The position numbers were made by a program, and so were the translations under genes. A stretch of 64,000 nt of DNA from a virus: the IMG/VR virus record IMGVR_UViG_3300034071_001262. One strand, written 5' to 3'. The notes beneath the pieces are model-generated. The model saw only the letters and a list, made by a program, of their open reading frames with translations, searched no databases and had not been told where the DNA came from. This document shows positions 61,099 through 64,000 of this stretch, piece by piece (within the stretch, counting starts at the first letter, position 1; each line of letters starts with the position of its first letter).

Positions 61099-61418
61099 GC
61101 GTGAGAAAGAAATAATGTTGTGGGCCTTGAGTTCATATCATACGTTTATCATATCACAAATAGTAAGCAGGGAAAAGTCTGGTAAGATAGAACATAATTT
61201 TAGAAGTATAGAACAGGATATTGCACAATTACTCAAGAGGTTTGACGAATAATATGTACCACTACATCACTGTTAGTATTGTAATGCGTGACTGTGAATC
61301 CAAAACGGATGCACGAAGAAAGTGTGTGAAACTATTACCATGCGATCCAGATGCCACTACTAAATACATGGAATCTTGGGCGATTGCAGAAATAAGAGCC
61401 GCAGATTCAAACGAGTCG

Positions 61419-61496
61419 CAAGTCCTTGACCCGTAAGGGTTTAGGGCCGACGCGGCGGGCCGCCCTCGCCATAAGTCCTTACGCCACAACGAGTTA
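61419..61496 (+). repeat. 78-bp element copy 6
   Basis: 25-28-25 structure, centred GGCGGGCC. Confidence 0.95.
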
Positions 61497-61515
61497 TGTC
61501 AAAAGAAAAATTTTT

Positions 61516-61555
61516 TCAAGATTGTGGTTGACAGAGCCGATAATAGTGATATACT
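61516..61555 (+). promoter_or_regulatory. Nested sigma28-like / sigma70 promoter
   Basis: TCAAG-15-GCCGATAA overlapping TTGACA-16-TATACT. Confidence 0.7.
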
Positions 61556-61598
61556 TAGGGCATGATGGTTGATTGAGTGTAACACAAAGATAGGAGTT

Positions 61599-61865
61599 AT
61601 GAATATGAAAACGTTTGATTTTGTTGTGACTGTTGCGAGTGATAATCTTGATACCGAGGTAATCGAGGATACGCTTCGTGCGTCTCTTGTTGATAGCCTT
61701 CCAGAAAATGTGCCTTCGCTGGTCAAGTTTTCTGGCGTGAAGGAGTATAGCGAACAGGGCTGGAAGGTTGCCCGTAATCGTAAGTTTGGAATCAGTGTCG
61801 AGCAGGCTGGTGATGGTGTTAGCAAGGCAAAGGCCAAGTCTGAGATTGCTGATGCCACTGCTTGA
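61599..61865 (+). CDS. Hypothetical protein
   Basis: AGGAG RBS; host-like codon bias. Confidence 0.7.
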   Translation: MNMKTFDFVVTVASDNLDTEVIEDTLRASLVDSLPENVPSLVKFSGVKEYSEQGWKVARNRKFGISVEQAGDGVSKAKAKSEIADATA

Positions 61866-61912
61866 CAAATGGTCACTAGGTCGTTACAATTGGGTATCGG
61901 CCTAGTGACTAT

Positions 61913-61984
61913 GGCCCCGTAGTTCAATGGATAGAACGGGTGACTTCTAATCTCCAGATGGGAGTTCGATTCTCTCCGGGGCTA
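61913..61984 (+). tRNA. tRNA-Arg(UCU)
   Basis: Cloverleaf; anticodon loop CTTCTAA; one T-T mismatch in the anticodon stem. Confidence 0.85.
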
Positions 61985-62013
61985 TCGGGAATTGTAATGT
62001 TTAGGAGAATGTT

Positions 62014-62154
62014 ATGAAGATTGTTGGAATTGGTACTAAGTTGCAGTTGGGTACTGTGGTTAGTATCACACGCGAAGGCGTGGTGGTTGATCGTCAAGGG
62101 AAGAGGGTCACTGTGACTTTCTCGCAAGTTGAAACTGAAGTTTTTGGAGGTTGA
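62014..62154 (+). CDS. Small hypothetical protein (46 aa)
   Basis: AGGAG RBS; MKIVGIGTKLQLGTVVSITREGV. Confidence 0.65.
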   Translation: MKIVGIGTKLQLGTVVSITREGVVVDRQGKRVTVTFSQVETEVFGG

Positions 62155-62159
62155 TTATT

Positions 62160-62375
62160 ATGGGTTACATTACGTTGAGCAACGCTATCGCTGTCGGTAA
62201 GGTTCTTCGCTGCAAGTATCCGAAGCATGGTAGCATGAATGTTTTGAAGTGGCATGAGGGTGTGATCGAGAAGGCGAGTTTCGGGCCGCATGGTGCCTAC
62301 GCTCTCGTTCGCTCCAATAACGGCCAGTATCGTACCCTGCGTTGCGATAAGATGCTTGACGCATCGGTGTCGTGA
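62160..62375 (+). CDS. Small SH3/WYL-like protein
   Basis: GGAGG RBS; C-terminal GQYRTLRCDKM resembles WYL 'R.FR.DRI'. Confidence 0.45.
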   Translation: MGYITLSNAIAVGKVLRCKYPKHGSMNVLKWHEGVIEKASFGPHGAYALVRSNNGQYRTLRCDKMLDASVS

Positions 62376-62428
62376 TCCCTTGACGGGGCGAGTGGCCCGT
62401 GCTATAATGGTGCGGGTCACTCGTTCAT

Positions 62429-62504
62429 GGGGCGTAAGGTAAGCCGGTAGCATCCGACACTCTTATAAGGTGTTCATAGGTACGTTCGACTCGTACACGC
62501 CCTA
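62429..62504 (+). tRNA. tRNA-Ile(UAU)
   Basis: Acceptor GGGGCGT/ACGCCCT, anticodon loop CTTATAA, T-arm GTACG-TTCGACT-CGTAC; promoter at 62380. Confidence 0.85.
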
Positions 62505-62627
62505 CTGTCCATTTGTGTGGGGTGATCATGATGTATATTTTTCTTATGGTGATAACGTGTGTTATACATAGTATTATGAATAAAAGTAAGATATTTATCT
62601 ACTAAATAAAGATGTAGTCATCACACA

Positions 62628-62664
62628 AGCAAACCTCGCTCATAATAATGGGCGGGGTTTTGCT
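62628..62664 (+). terminator. Rho-independent terminator
   Basis: aaacctcgctcat-aata-atgggcggggtttt. Confidence 0.6.
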
Positions 62665-62683
62665 ATTATATAGACAGTCGCCA

Positions 62684-62761
62684 TAAGTCCTTTGCCAGTA
62701 AGGGTTTAGGAACGGGGCGGCGGGCCGCGTTCGCCATAAGTCCTTATGCCACAAGCATTTA
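62684..62761 (+). repeat. 78-bp element copy 7
   Basis: 25-28-25 structure, centred GGCGGGCC. Confidence 0.95.
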
Positions 62762-62837
62762 CGTCTAAGAGAAATTTCTAATGCTCACCCCTTGACACTG
62801 ACGATATACATGGTATGATCGTGGAAAAGGAGTCGTT

Positions 62838-63077
62838 ATGGTTGCTGCAAATACTGCTGTTTTTGACATGGTTTTGGAAGCGGATTGTCGTCTATGTTAT
62901 AAGACATATCTTATCTTCCTTTGTCGTGAAGATTATACGTCATGGATGTCTGGTTCTGGATTTGTTCAAGATATTCTTCCGTATCTTACTGCGGGTGAGC
63001 GTGAATTGCTCATCAGTAACACTTGTTCCGACTGCTTCGATAAACTTTTTCCGCCTGACGTTGACAACAACGCCTGA
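62838..63077 (+). CDS. Zn-binding hypothetical protein
   Basis: C..C...VQD.LPYLT..ERELLIS.TC..CFD. Confidence 0.7.
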   Translation: MVAANTAVFDMVLEADCRLCYKTYLIFLCREDYTSWMSGSGFVQDILPYLTAGERELLISNTCSDCFDKLFPPDVDNNA

Positions 63078-63123
63078 CGCTGTATAATAAGAGAAACCTT
63101 CCCACTACTAGGAGATGATGATA

Positions 63124-64000
63124 ATGAGCGATTATAACCGTTTGACGATTGATTCCGACAAGAACGCTGGTGCGTTTGTTCGCAATTTGCAGGGTGTTAC
63201 TGGCACCGGTTTTGCAGAGGGTACGCATGTTCATAAGGATTGGTGGTCGAAAACCAAGTCTTACGAAGATGTCATGCAGGAAGCACAGACTGCCGTCGAT
63301 AATCGTGAGGATATTCTGACTGAAATCAAGAATATTTCTTGCGTTGTTCACAATGGTGAGTTTCGTTTCCGCGTTGCGGATGGTCGAACGTTTCGTCCTA
63401 CTGACCACTGCATCGAGCAGTTCAGCGTTCGAACGGGCGTGACTTCCTCGTCGTTCCTTCGTGAGATGCGAAACATCGAGGGATTCGATGATAGTGATGC
63501 TTCTACGATGGTCGCCGTTGGAAACAATGCCATGCGTCGAATTGAATCTGATAAGAAGTTCCGCATCCGTACCTATACCGATGGTACTGCTAGAGCGTTC
63601 GTGACTGAGCAATACGCCCCAGTTGATAATCGTTGGTATCTCGACGTTGTTCGTGAGTTTATTCCAGATGGTCGATTCAGCCATTGGAAGGGCGACGAGG
63701 ATACCATCTATGGTAACGTTCTTATTCCCGATACCATTATGGACTACGGGCAGGATGACGATACGGATTATGGTGGGATGATTAGTGTCGGAAATTGTGA
63801 GGTTGGCACTCGCCGTATCTCGCAGGTTCCTAGCCTGTTTCGTGCCATCTGCTTGAACGGTTGCATTTGGGGCCAGACTGCGGGCGAAAAGATTCGTCGT
63901 GTTCATCGTGGCAATATTGATCTCGCCAAACTGAAGTTGGAAATCGCTGAGAATATTCAGCAGCAGATTCCTCTTCTGTCGCCGGGTATCAAGCAGTTCC
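63124..64000 (+). CDS. DUF932-like protein (partial, runs off right edge)
   Basis: Hand translation MSDYNRLTIDS...YAPVDN...GNCEVG...LFRAICLNG...RRVHRG; promoter TTGACA-16-TATAAT at 63061. Confidence 0.7.
   Translation, partial: MSDYNRLTIDSDKNAGAFVRNLQGVTGTGFAEGTHVHKDWWSKTKSYEDVMQEAQTAVDNREDILTEIKNISCVVHNGEFRFRVADGRTFRPTDHCIEQFSVRTGVTSSSFLREMRNIEGFDDSDASTMVAVGNNAMRRIESDKKFRIRTYTDGTARAFVTEQYAPVDNRWYLDVVREFIPDGRFSHWKGDEDTIYGNVLIPDTIMDYGQDDDTDYGGMISVGNCEVGTRRISQVPSLFRAICLNGCIWGQTAGEKIRRVHRGNIDLAKLKLEIAENIQQQIPLLSPGIKQF

Noticed and set aside
52083-62761. CRISPR array or classical integron attC array
   Set aside because: Intervals are about 0.8-3.7 kb and contain genes; no cas or intI gene and no RYYYAAC...GTTRRRY ends
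63013-63906. 297-aa minus-strand ORF (also 59014-59487, 59592-60098, 61494-61868)
   Set aside because: Antisense shadows of codon-biased plus-strand genes that have an RBS and promoter
1-64000. Stop-codon reassignment
   Set aside because: Genes tile densely under the standard code; TAA, TAG and TGA all end genes; no suppressor tRNA

Overview
A 64-kb segment of a large tailed dsDNA phage with two divergent arms. Left arm (1-51380, minus strand, AT-rich): a virion/packaging module reading sigma factor, gmd, HNH, ERCC4 nuclease, terminase, portal, protease/scaffold, capsid, fibres, neck, tail tube, a 2619-aa tape measure, a 3187-aa virion protein and tail-tip proteins. A recurrent TTGTGTA motif is a candidate late promoter. 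Right arm (51.6-64 kb, plus strand, higher GC): many small early-type genes, 4 tRNAs (including a rare Ile-UAU) and two unexplained structured RNAs. The most striking unexplained signal is seven dispersed elements, each exactly 78 bp: a 25-bp palindrome, a 28-bp linker with a centred asymmetric GGCGGGCC core, and a second 25-bp palindrome. They separate the early gene blocks, one is inverted, and a half copy lies at the arm boundary. They are followed by stacked sigma70-, sigma28- and sigma54-like promoters, two of which carry NtrC-like enhancer palindromes. The tape measure appears to carry PD-(D/E)xK-like and HAD-like domains bracketed by repeated FAxGG motifs. No recombinase, reverse transcriptase or CRISPR array is visible. 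All calls come from motif recognition by eye; no database searches were run.
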